Source: Octopus vulgaris
Taxonomy: Eukaryota
NCBI GenBank assembly: GCA_951406725.2
Contig: OX597814.1
Location: 30,752,001 to 30,816,000 of the forward strand
Direction of reading: 5' to 3'
DNA: 64,000 bases
The stretch's first letter is position 1. The number at the start of each line of letters is the position of its first letter. Both the position numbers and the translations under genes were made by a program. The notes below the pieces were generated by a model, which was not told the origin of the DNA, searched no databases, and worked only from the letters and a program-made list of their open reading frames with translations. This document shows, piece after piece, positions 53,266-64,000 of the stretch.

Positions 53266-54020
53266 TAATATAGATAAAATGTGATATATTTTAGTGAGTG
53301 ACATATGGTTAACCCAGTATATATCCGACGGGATTTTGCACCGTTTCCTCTAATCAAATTCACTCGCAAAACATTAAGCAGCCCCGAATTGTAGTGGAAG
53401 ATACTTGCCCAGGGTACTCTGTAGTGGGTCTGAACCTGAAGTCATGGTATGATGTAGGTAACTGCTTAACCACAGAGCCATGCGTGGGCATGTGTGAGTA
53501 AGACCTTTACAGGAAGACTGGTAGTTGCCCAGCATAAAATTTTTCTCTTCCCACTCCACCGGCGTTTATTCAAGGGAAAAGGTAATCGACTTGGACATGG
53601 GCCGATACAGTTTTGGTACCAGAGACAAAACTGGTATTGCTGCCAGAAAGCAAAGAATCAGAGCAGATATTGCAAAGCATCTCAACCACCATCCAATAGC
53701 TTTGGCCAAATAACTGTTCTTGGTAAGTACCTTTTTCTCGATTCCAAAAGGATGAAAGGTACAGATGAGCTCAGCGGGATTCGAACTCAGAGCAAAAGCA
53801 GTCGGAAAACATATTCTGAGGAATTCTATTCAAAGCTTCAATAAGTCTGCCAGTCCATCCACCTAGGGATCAACCAGAAATTATCTCTTAGAATATCTCT
53901 GGCATAACAGGCCTGTAAGCACGAGACAAACTTCAAATTTTAACTTCAAGGAATTGCCTATTTTCTTCTTCCGCTTTTACACATAACTCGTTTAAAATAG
54001 TAGAGGTTCTTCTTTTTATA

Positions 54021-54233
54021 GGCGCAGGAGTGGCTATCGGCGCAGGAGTGGCTGTGTGGTAAGTAGCTTGTTTACCAACCACATGGTTCCGGGTTCAATC
54101 CCACTGCGTGGCAGCTTGGGCAAGTGTCTTCTACTATAGCCTCTGGCCGACCAAAGCCTTGTGAGTGGAGTTGGTAGACGGAAACTGAAAGAAGTCCGTC
54201 GTATATATGTATATATATATATATATATAATAT

Positions 54234-54271
<38 letters not shown>

Positions 54272-54492
54272 TCGTGTGTCTGTGTTTGTCCCCCTAGCAT
54301 TGCTTGACAACCGATGCTGGTGTGTTTATGTCCCCGTTACTTAGCGGTTCGGCAAAAGAGACCGATAGAATAAGTACTGGGCTTACAAAAGAATAAGTCC
54401 CGGGGTCGAGTTGCTCGATTAAAGGCGGTGCTCCAGCATGGCCGCAGTCAAATGACTGAAACAAGTAAAGGAGTAAAAGAGTAAAAGAGTAA
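54021..54492 (+). mobile_element. SINE family A, full length, with duplicated 5' end
   Basis: GGCGCAGGAGTGGCT occurs twice (54021 and 54039). Tail (GTAAAAGA)n. Confidence 0.95.
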
Positions 54493-55158
54493 GTACACAC
54501 ACATAAATACAGATAAACACTCACATGTATATGCACACACATGGACACAAACACACACTCACATTCACACATACAGACACGCACACACACACACACAGGC
54601 ACACATGTGTGAGTGTATTTGTAAGTATGCGTGCGTATGTTACTAGTTTTTAGGAATTTTCCAATGTGGCTATTCGTTATTTGTTTGCTTTTATGAGTAG
54701 AAAAATATTAACACATTTATTCGTGCATGGCGATTTCGATACACACACACACACACACACACACAAGCACACACTCTGACACACTCTGACACATACATAC
54801 ATACATACATACATACATACATACATACATACATACAATCCTGTGTGGAGAATAGTAATGGGTATGAATACCTAATTAAAGTGTACGAGTATATTGATTC
54901 CTATAGCTACAAATAAATACATTTTCTTGAGATATGAAAAATAAATATGGCATAAAAATATAGAGCAAATAGACACATAAAAATAGTATCTCACTTTGTT
55001 TCTGACTCAGTCAGTTACCCTCGCTCTCGCCCTCGCTTTCCCCGAAATCTACGTACACACACGCACGCATATACACATACACACATAGACACATACACAC
55101 AAACGCACACACACATATACACGTACACACACATACACACACACGAACGCATATGTGA

Positions 55159-55215
<57 letters not shown>

Positions 55216-55378
55216 CACACACGTGTATATGTAGATATATATATTCATATACAATTAATACACATACAAATATTTGTATGAATGTACGTACATATATTAA
55301 TTATATAATGTATATATAGACATATATACGTATATGCATCTGCGTATATCTATATATATATGTGTGTATATAAATATG

Positions 55379-55430
<52 letters not shown>

Positions 55431-55432
55431 CG

Positions 55433-55467
<35 letters not shown>

Positions 55468-55818
55468 CAGAGAGAGACAAAGAAAGAAAGAGAGAGAGAG
55501 AGTGAGAGAGAGAGGAGATAGATAGATATATAATTGGTGCATGCATACTTTTTTGCATATACAATACTAATATATAACTTATATACAGATATAGAAAAAT
55601 GTTTGTGAATATCCACAATGCACCTACAATTACACAAACACACACATACACACATACATGTGCGCTTGCGCATTCAAACAGACATATATAGACTCATAAT
55701 CTGACACATTTATACATATAGTTCTTGATAACAAAAGCAAATAATGCGTAAATCGACAAAACACAATTCAAATACCCATGCCCATAGTATGGTTTTGACC
55801 AGCTACTGGGTATTTATA

Positions 55819-55879
<61 letters not shown>

Positions 55880-55941
55880 TTATATATATGTTTACATACG
55901 TATATATATTGTGCACATCTATATAGATATGTGTGTATATG

Positions 55942-56021
<80 letters not shown>

Positions 56022-56327
56022 CACACATATATAAATGTTTCGATTGGGGCAATTTCTTTCTTTTAGTTGGTTAGTTTCGTCGTTTATGTCTTTGTTTTGT
56101 TTCCCCCCCCCTCTATCCTTCTCTCCTTCTTCTCTCACCCCTGCAACCACAGCTACTATTATTTTTAATTGTATTCTTACTCCTCCTCGATTATTTTTAT
56201 AAATTCCCCGGAACACATCATCTACTCAAACAAACAAACACGACTCCCTTTGAACTATATTAGTTGCTGAATATATTTATGCATTGGTTATTGAAGAAAT
56301 GCTTCTATTTCTGTATCTATCTGTCTT

Positions 56328-56386
<59 letters not shown>

Positions 56387-56768
56387 CTACTTTTTATTTG
56401 CTTGGCTTGTTCGTAATTTTATTTATTCTTCCATTTTTCATATATCTCATTTTTGCTTCACCTAAAAGGTGTTTGTTACTCATGCGTTCTTTTACTACTT
56501 CGATTCCGTCTTCGTCTTGGTTCTTCTCTTTTTCATCATCTTCTTTTATCTCATCTTCAGCATAATCACCATTATCACCGCCTGCTCCATCGTTTTCAAT
56601 GCATACAATTTAAACTGATCTGAAAAATTTTCGAACAATAAACATTTCAAAAATACGCCGGCACATTCCAAATAGGTTTTGTTAATTATCGATAATCTCC
56701 TTCAGGCGACAAGTTTCTGGAAAATTCTGTTATAAACACTGCAGTAATAGGGTAACGAAATATGTATG

Positions 56769-56802
<34 letters not shown>

Positions 56803-57047
56803 TGTATGTATGTATGTATGTATGTATATGCAAAAATATGTATGTATTTAGATTTATCGGCAACAACGGTAACCACAAACAAAAGTGCATACATACGTGA
56901 ATACATACATACATGAATACATACATACATACATACATACATATGCATGTATGTATATTCATATTTGTAAATGTATACATACATATATATGTATTCATAT
57001 GTATGTTTGTATATATGATAGATATATATGCACAGTTTCATATACGT

Positions 57048-57102
<55 letters not shown>

Positions 57103-57103
57103 C

Positions 57104-57157
<54 letters not shown>

Positions 57158-57483
57158 ATATTTGAAATGCATATACAATAAAGTCGAAAATAATCAAACT
57201 CACCACCAGCACGCCACCACGACCACAATGACAACTGTTCCTGCAATCACCACCACCACCACCACCACCACCACGAACACCACCACCACGAACACCATCA
57301 CCACCACCGCCACCAAAATATTCACCACCAACTTCGCGATTACCCCCCTCTCCCTAACAACAACAACAACAACAACACCCACAGCAGCAACAGCAACAGC
57401 AACAGCATGATCTAAATTTTTTGGTGAATATATTCAGAAGGAAAAACAAAAACTAATTCGAAATAAAAATATCACACCTACGA

Positions 57484-57535
<52 letters not shown>

Positions 57536-57859
57536 TACAACAAAAATACAGAAGGGAAAAATAATAGGTGAAAAAGAAGGAATGGAACATTGAACGTTAG
57601 AAACGCTGGCGAAGATAGGGAATATTCACAGCTGAACATTTCTTTAAGCTATATCTAACCTGCAGCGGAATTTTTCTCTAGAACTTACTAATGCTGTGTA
57701 GAGTATCTTTTTTTTTTTTCCTTTTTTCTGTCCTTTCTTTTCTTTTATTCCTTGTTTTAATTTTCTTCTTGAAATAATTTTGTCTGAAATTAAAAGGGAA
57801 GAATTACAATAAAAAAAAAAAATAAATAAAAAAAAAAAAAATATACCTCCTCGCCCACT

Positions 57860-58260
57860 ATGTATGTATGTATGTATGTATGTATGTATGTATGTATGTA
57901 TGTATGTATGTATGCATGCATGTATGTATGTATGTATGTATGTATGTATGTATGTATGCATGTATGTATGCATGCATGTATGTATGTATGTATGCATGTA
58001 TGTATGCATGTATGTATGTATGCATGTATGTATGCATGTATGTATGCACTTGTGTGTGTATGCATGTGTGTGTATGTATGTATGCATGTATGTATGTATG
58101 CATGTATGTATGTATGTATGCATGTATGTATGCACTTGTGTGTGTATGCATGTGTGTGTATATATGTTTGTACGTACGTACGAATGTATGTATGCATCTT
58201 TCTGTCTGCCTGTCTGCCTGTCTGTTTGTCTGTCTGTCTGTCTATCTCTCTCTCTGTCTC
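57860..58260. repeat. (TATG)n/(CATG) compound microsatellite grading into (TGTC)n
   Basis: Seen directly. It is the source of the MYVC/HTYI pseudo-ORFs. Confidence 0.95.
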
Positions 58261-58272
58261 TCTTTATATATA

Positions 58273-58637
58273 TCTTTATATATAAAAGTGAGGTTGTGTG
58301 TTGTCTGTCTCCTACGATTTAGATTCCTAACTATTCCCACATTTTGCGGTGCAGTTTAACCAAAACCGAGTATCTTATAGTCGTGATTCATATCGAGCCC
58401 TTCTGGGTATTAGCGCGCGTCTACGATGAGTCTACGATTTAAAAAAAAAAATTACCATCAATTTTTTCCATTTTTAATGCATTTTTGGCATATATAAGGG
58501 AAGTAACTCTCTATAAACTTATTAAATCTCAGAACGTAAAAACCTACAGTAACACCCCCCTTTGTGGTTAGCCATATTGAGATAGCTATTACACTTTACA
58601 TCTCTAAAAATGCTTATATAGTTATTTCCCTTACAAA
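58273..58637 (+). mobile_element. Non-autonomous Helitron, second copy, 3' terminus lost
   Basis: Colinear with 24470-24843. It ends at TTCCCTTACAAA followed by (GA)n, without the hairpin and CTAG. Confidence 0.88.
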
Positions 58638-59011
58638 GAAAGAAAGAGAGAAAGAGAAAGAGAGAGAGAGAGTGCAGATAAAATGGGGTAGATTTTGGTG
58701 TACGAAGACAGAACAGATGATCGGCCATGGGTGGTGGTGTTGAAATCAGTGGTATCATCTCGTGAAAGAGATTTAGATAGGTATCTCAGAACGAACTTTC
58801 GTTCATGTAAACAAAGTGCAATGGACTCTGAATTGGCATTTACATTCACCTAGCCTAAAGCATCTCTTAAGAACTAGCCTTTCCTCCGTTGAACACAGTT
58901 CGCACTTCTTGCTGTAAAATAGTCAAATACATTTAACTTTTATATGCACGATTATTGGATTGAAAAGACGTTAACAGAATTCCTCATTATGGAGATGGCA
59001 AGTGATTGTCA

Positions 59012-59278
59012 GTGGAGGCGCGGTCGGAGGATCGCGGTTTCGATTCCAAGAGCGGGCGTTGTGTGCGTTTATTGAGAGAAAACACCTAAGAGCTCCATAA
59101 AGCTCCGGCAGGGGGTGGTGGCAACCCCTGTTGTGCTCTTTCGCCACAACTTTCTCTCACTCTCTCTTCCTGTTTCTTGAGTAACGCTGAGATGGACTGG
59201 CGTCCCGCCCAGCTGGGAGGAACACATACGCCACAGAAACCGGGCCCATGAGCCTGGCTAGGCTTGAAAAGGGCGACG
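59012..59278 (+). mobile_element. SINE group C (head-1 plus tail-Y) with 12-bp TSD, A-box region deleted
   Basis: TSD AAGTGATTGTCA at 59000-59011 and 59279-59290. Confidence 0.9.
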
Positions 59279-59339
59279 AAGTGATTGTCAATCAGATAAC
59301 GTCGATTTGACAGTAAGTACTAATTATGTAATTCACATT

Positions 59340-59725
59340 GGATGGAAGCACTCCGTCGGTTACGACGACGAAGGTTCCGGTTGATCCGAATCAACGGAAC
59401 AGCCTGCTCGTGAAATTAACGTGTAAGTGGCTGAGCACTCCACAGACACGTGTACCCTTAACGTAGTTCTCGGGGATATTCAGCGTGACACAGAGAGTGA
59501 CAAGGCTGGCCCTTTGAAATACAGGTACAACAGAAACAGGAAGTAAGAGTGAGAGAAAGTTGTGGTGAAAGAGTACAGCAGGGATCACCACCATCCCCTG
59601 CCGGAGCCTCGTGGAGCTTTAGGTGTTTTCGCTCAATAAACACTCACAACGCCCGGTCTGGGAATCGAAACCGCGATCCTATGACCGCGAGTCCGCTGCC
59701 CTAACCACTGGGCCATTGCGCCTCC
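59340..59725 (-). mobile_element. SINE group C (head-1 plus tail-X), young, with 12-bp TSD
   Basis: tRNA-like head GGAGGCGCAATGGCCCAGTGGTTAGG..GGTTTCGATTCCC. TSD GTAATTCACATT at 59328-59339 and 59726-59737. Confidence 0.95.
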
Positions 59726-59973
59726 GTAATTCACATTACGTACCTAACAACCAACTTATTTTAATGAAACGTACGTATGACGGTGTAGCGAAATATCTCA
59801 TGAACAATTTCTCATATTGAGTTTACTTCTCACATATATTCTCTATAACTCTTAAACACAGGATTCTTAACAAAGAATAAAAATACGAAATACGAGCATG
59901 AATACTCATGAAAATTTAAATACTAGTTTCGGGTTTTAAATTGTACTGGACGAATACACATTCGTAAGTACGT

Positions 59974-60082
<109 letters not shown>

Positions 60083-60135
60083 CACACACGTATACGTATG
60101 AGTGTGTGTGTATGTTTGTGTGCACACGCGTATGA

Positions 60136-60182
<47 letters not shown>

Positions 60183-60215
60183 TAAGAAAGTTGGTTTGTG
60201 AAAGCACGTGGTTGA

Positions 60216-60406
60216 ATATATAGAAAATAGTAAAAAGTGAAAAAACTACAGAAGGCTTGTTTTAAAAGGTTAAAGAATATATATTTAAGTCAATATGTCT
60301 GAAGAATATTATAAATTTTATAATATTCTTCAGACATATTAACTTAAATATATATTCTTTAACCTTTTAAAACAAGCCTTCTGTAGTTTTTTCACTTTTT
60401 ACTATT

Positions 60407-60416
<10 letters not shown>
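60216..60416. repeat. Near-perfect 200-bp palindrome (foldback) in (TA)n
   Basis: Arms 60216-60315 and 60317-60416 around a 1-nt centre, with one mismatch seen. Confidence 0.93.
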
Positions 60417-60460
<44 letters not shown>

Positions 60461-60556
60461 GTATATATATATATATGTATATATACTTATAAGCATATAC
60501 TTATATTTATCTATTTATGCATTAATCACAGAAATACACACAAATGCATTTGTAAA

Positions 60557-60625
<69 letters not shown>

Positions 60626-60654
60626 CTGTCTATCTATCTATACTCTTTTATCCA

Positions 60655-61004
<350 letters not shown>

Positions 61005-61014
61005 CATACATACA

Positions 61015-61538
61015 TAGATGGTGGCTGCCCCCTCGTTATCGAGTATGGTCATTGCGCGAAGCTTAATCAATGTTGTTATCGTGCAATGCCTGTGCAAGAA
61101 GATTTTTTTTAAAGTGAGGAAAGGCTGTGCACTGAGTCAATCCCACTCACTAAGAAACAGCAGCCATAATCCGAAAAGAAGAACAAGTCAACATCATCGG
61201 TAACCACTGAGACGCAGGTTTTATGTCGGAGTTATCGCAGTTACCTGAGTTACCTTCTCCTAGAAGGATGCCCTAACACAGGCTAGGAGTCCTTCACTTC
61301 CAATGGTTTAACCGCGCGATCGGGTATTCAGTCCGATTATTTCTATGTCCCCGCGCATGATATAGCCTTAAGACATTTATTGGATGGCCGTTGACTCTCA
61401 AGAGTTCCTCAGCCCTTTGACGGGTTTTGTTTTTCATCCCGCAGGGTGTCCAATAAACACCCTCCTCACCAAGCAAGCTTGGTGGGGTTGCCGGTTTAGT
61501 CGCCGACGACCCGACCACGCAACAGGTTGTACCGGGTT
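61015..61538 (-). mobile_element. Short non-autonomous RTE-derived retroelement (5' UTR joined to 3' end)
   Basis: The minus strand has the RTE-5'UTR-like motif GGGCATCCTTCTAGGAGAAGGTAACTC and a 3' end CTCGATAACGAGGGGGCAGCCACCATC followed by (TATG)n. TATACATACATAC occurs on both flanks. The family call is from recall. Confidence 0.55.
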
Positions 61539-61549
61539 ATACATACATA

Positions 61550-62822
61550 CAGGGTGCGATGGGTAAATGGTTGCCATTTTATATTTTTTATTTTCGCGTA
61601 TGCACATTAATTTTTTGTTTCATTTTGTTGACTACACAATAGGGTTAGTTGGGCACCATTCGTGAGAAAAACAGCACCAAGAAGCAATTCACTCTGCTAG
61701 AATTTTGGAAACAACATGTCATACTGCTTGGCATTCGCTCCGGAAGCTACAATACGAACAGTTCAGGGTGTATGGGTGTCAATCTAAGGACAGTGCAGAG
61801 GATTCGGAATGAGTTGGATAAGTCTAATCTTGATCAGGAAGGTACACATCTCGGAAAACTCTTAAATTTAATGGTGAGATCCAAGCCATGATTAATAACG
61901 ATCCCTTCTAAGTCAATCAGGTCCATCACCAGGAACATGGGAGTGCCTGAGTTTCTTATCAGGTATGTAGTGCATGAAGACATTAGGTATTCCTCATTCG
62001 AGATGAGAATGAGCCAGTTTTTATCCCAAACCATCAAAGGCAAGAGAAAAGACCGTGCTACGAAGCTTTTGAACAAGCATCTCTTCCAGCTGAACATGTA
62101 TTGTTTTTCTCAGATGAGAAAAATTTTCTGTCAGGATCGGATGGTGAACACACAGAACAATCGTTGGCTTACTGTGTTCCCAAAACATGTACCGAGAGTG
62201 ATAAAAATGAAACATCCAGTCAACATCATGGTGTTTGGAGTGATCACTAGTGATGGCGACGTTATGCTTCCATCCGTCTTCCCACACGGCCTCACACTCA
62301 ACACGGAGGTCTACATCAAGTACCCGGAGGAAGTAGTACTGCCCTGGGTCAAGAAGGTGGGTGTTGGAAGATCCTATGCCTAGCAACAGGACTTTTCGCT
62401 ATGCGACACAAGCAGGAGGACCCAGTCATGACTGTCAGACAATTTCTGCGACCGCATCACCCCTAACATCTGGCCACATAACTCCCCCAGACTGCAACTC
62501 CCTTGATTAGTATGTGTGGGTGCAGTTGAGAGAGAGAGAAAGACCAGCAAAACTCCTTGTAACACCAAAGATGAACCGAAGGCAAGGATTATGGCAGCAT
62601 TCACCAACTTAAAACAAAGAGACCTTCCAGAAGAGTTGCAGGATATTCCGTAGTCGCCTGGAGGCCGTACCTGAAGCCAATGGCTACTTTATTGAATAAA
62701 TTTACTCTTTAGTATTTGAAGATATTTTTATGTAAGTTTGGTAAATATATCTGTTAAAATAAGATGTCAGTGTTATATTAATTTTTGTGTAATTTGGACG
62801 ATAATTTATTCACCTCACCCTT
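61550..62822 (+). mobile_element. Tc1/mariner superfamily transposon, maT/DD37D-type, with defective transposase
   Basis: Imperfect TIRs CAGGGTGCGATGGGTAAAT / ATTTATTCACCTCACCCTT with TA flanks. Motifs include IMVFGVITSDG and QQD..WPHNSPDCNSLD, giving 37 aa between the last two Asp after correcting one frameshift, and RLEAVPEANGYFIE*. Confidence 0.9.
61680..62698 (+). pseudogene. DD37D transposase pseudogene
   Basis: ORF pieces 61649..61891 (HTH-like, VNLRTVQRIRNEL) and 61937..62383. In-frame stops at 62381 and near 62430, plus frameshifts. Confidence 0.85.
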
Positions 62823-62976
62823 TACATATAATTGAGTAACAAAGAAGTATAGGTATCAATCCACTACGGCCGTTTCTAACAACTCATTTAATTGCTTAAC
62901 GAAAACATTACATCATTGCAAAGAAACAGTTTTCGTCAGATGATTTCATGAACTTCAAACACAATTTGATTGATTT

Positions 62977-63367
62977 GGGATATGGAAGCACTCCGTCGGT
63001 TACGACGACGAGGGTTCCGGTTGATCCGAATCAACGGAACAGCCTGCTCGTGAAATTAACGTGTAAGTGGCTGAGCACTCCACAGACACGTGTACCCTTA
63101 ACGTAGTTCTCGGGGATATTCAGCGTGACACAGAGAGTGACAAGGCCGACCCTTTGAAATACAGGTACAACAGAAACAGGAAGTAAGAGTGAGAGAAAGT
63201 TGTGGTGAAAGAGTACAGCAGCGATCACCACCATCCCCTGCCGGAGCCTCGTGGAGCTTTAGGTGTTTTCGCTCAATAAACACTCACAACGCCCGGTCTA
63301 GGAATCGAAACCGCGATCCTATGACCGCGAGTCCGCTGCCCTAACCACTGGGCCATTGCGCCTCCAC
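62977..63367 (-). mobile_element. SINE group C (head-1 plus tail-X), young, with 11-bp TSD
   Basis: Nearly identical to 59340-59725. TSD TTGATTGATTT at 62966-62976 and 63368-63378. Confidence 0.95.
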
Positions 63368-63834
63368 TTGATTGATTTAGCATAGCTACGAAGGCACGGA
63401 ACAAAAATATGTACATTGCTTCTGCTACAATTCAGTTGGCAGAATGAATTTACCAGAGTAGTGTATGTCTGGTCAGAACAAAGGGAATTTTTGGGGTTAT
63501 TAGAAATTATAGTAGGGGGAATAAGTAATCGAATCAAGTGACCCAGTTATCTATACTTTTAACAATAGAGGAAGGATCTGCTCCAATCGTCTGTCTAGAT
63601 TTATTCATTAATTAGAATGTTTGTGTCTGCTGGTCAGTGGTGAGAGAAGTAATTTATGTCAGGTCAACCTACTAAGTTATCTTATGTGGTGGGGGCGATG
63701 CAACAAGCTTTATCTTCACAAATGGGTAAGATGTAGGGTAGTAATAAGGGAGTGAGTGATGCGGAAGGAATGATAAGGAGAAGAAAGGTATAGATAGAAA
63801 AATCTGATTCCACTGACAATAATTACCGTATTAA

Positions 63835-63965
63835 CCCCTTACCCGGTAGAAACGAATATATGCGTTTTGACCGAAATCGTTTTTTTCTATCTCTGGCGAG
63901 TTAACTCGTCAAAAGATAGACTCGCCAAAATCGACAGCAAACGAGTTCCTTCGTCTAAAAACGGG
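63835..63965. mobile_element. piggyBac-type MITE
   Basis: TTAA|CCC...GGG|TTAA, with internal palindromic subrepeats (CGAGTTAACTCG, ACGAGTTCCTTCGT). Confidence 0.7.
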
Positions 63966-64000
63966 TTAACACGTTTCTGCCCAAAGCGGTAATTTAAAAT

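Noticed and set aside
59650-59725. tRNA gene
   Set aside because: The tRNA-like A and B boxes are a SINE head that continues into a body enclosed by TSDs, and the acceptor stem is incomplete.

Overview
AT-rich eukaryotic intergenic or intronic DNA, dense in microsatellites [(TA)n, (CA)n, (TACA)n, (TATC)n, (TAA)n, (GA)n, (TACC)n]. The SINE families and repeat landscape resemble an octopod cephalopod genome; this is inference from recall, not a database result. I see no intact host protein-coding gene, and nearly all ORFs in the supplied track are microsatellite or SINE artefacts. The window contains three tRNA-headed SINE groups, several with clean target-site duplications (TSDs), and decayed non-LTR retrotransposons of the R4/Dong (RLE), Tx1/L1, CR1/L2-group and RTE types. 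It also holds a DD37D (maT-type) Tc1/mariner pseudogene, two MITEs and a non-autonomous Helitron in two copies. The most notable signal is a set of short Penelope-like or retrozyme-like inserts, mostly in (TA)n, that carry hammerhead ribozyme (HHR) motifs. One at 43289-43381 (-) has every canonical core nucleotide and all three stems. Other highlights are a 2x2 head/tail shuffling of one SINE group, a SINE tail matching Tx1-type 3' ends, a 200-bp near-perfect palindrome and a 108-bp CpG-dense island. All alignments and folds were done by eye, so boundaries of old repeats are approximate.
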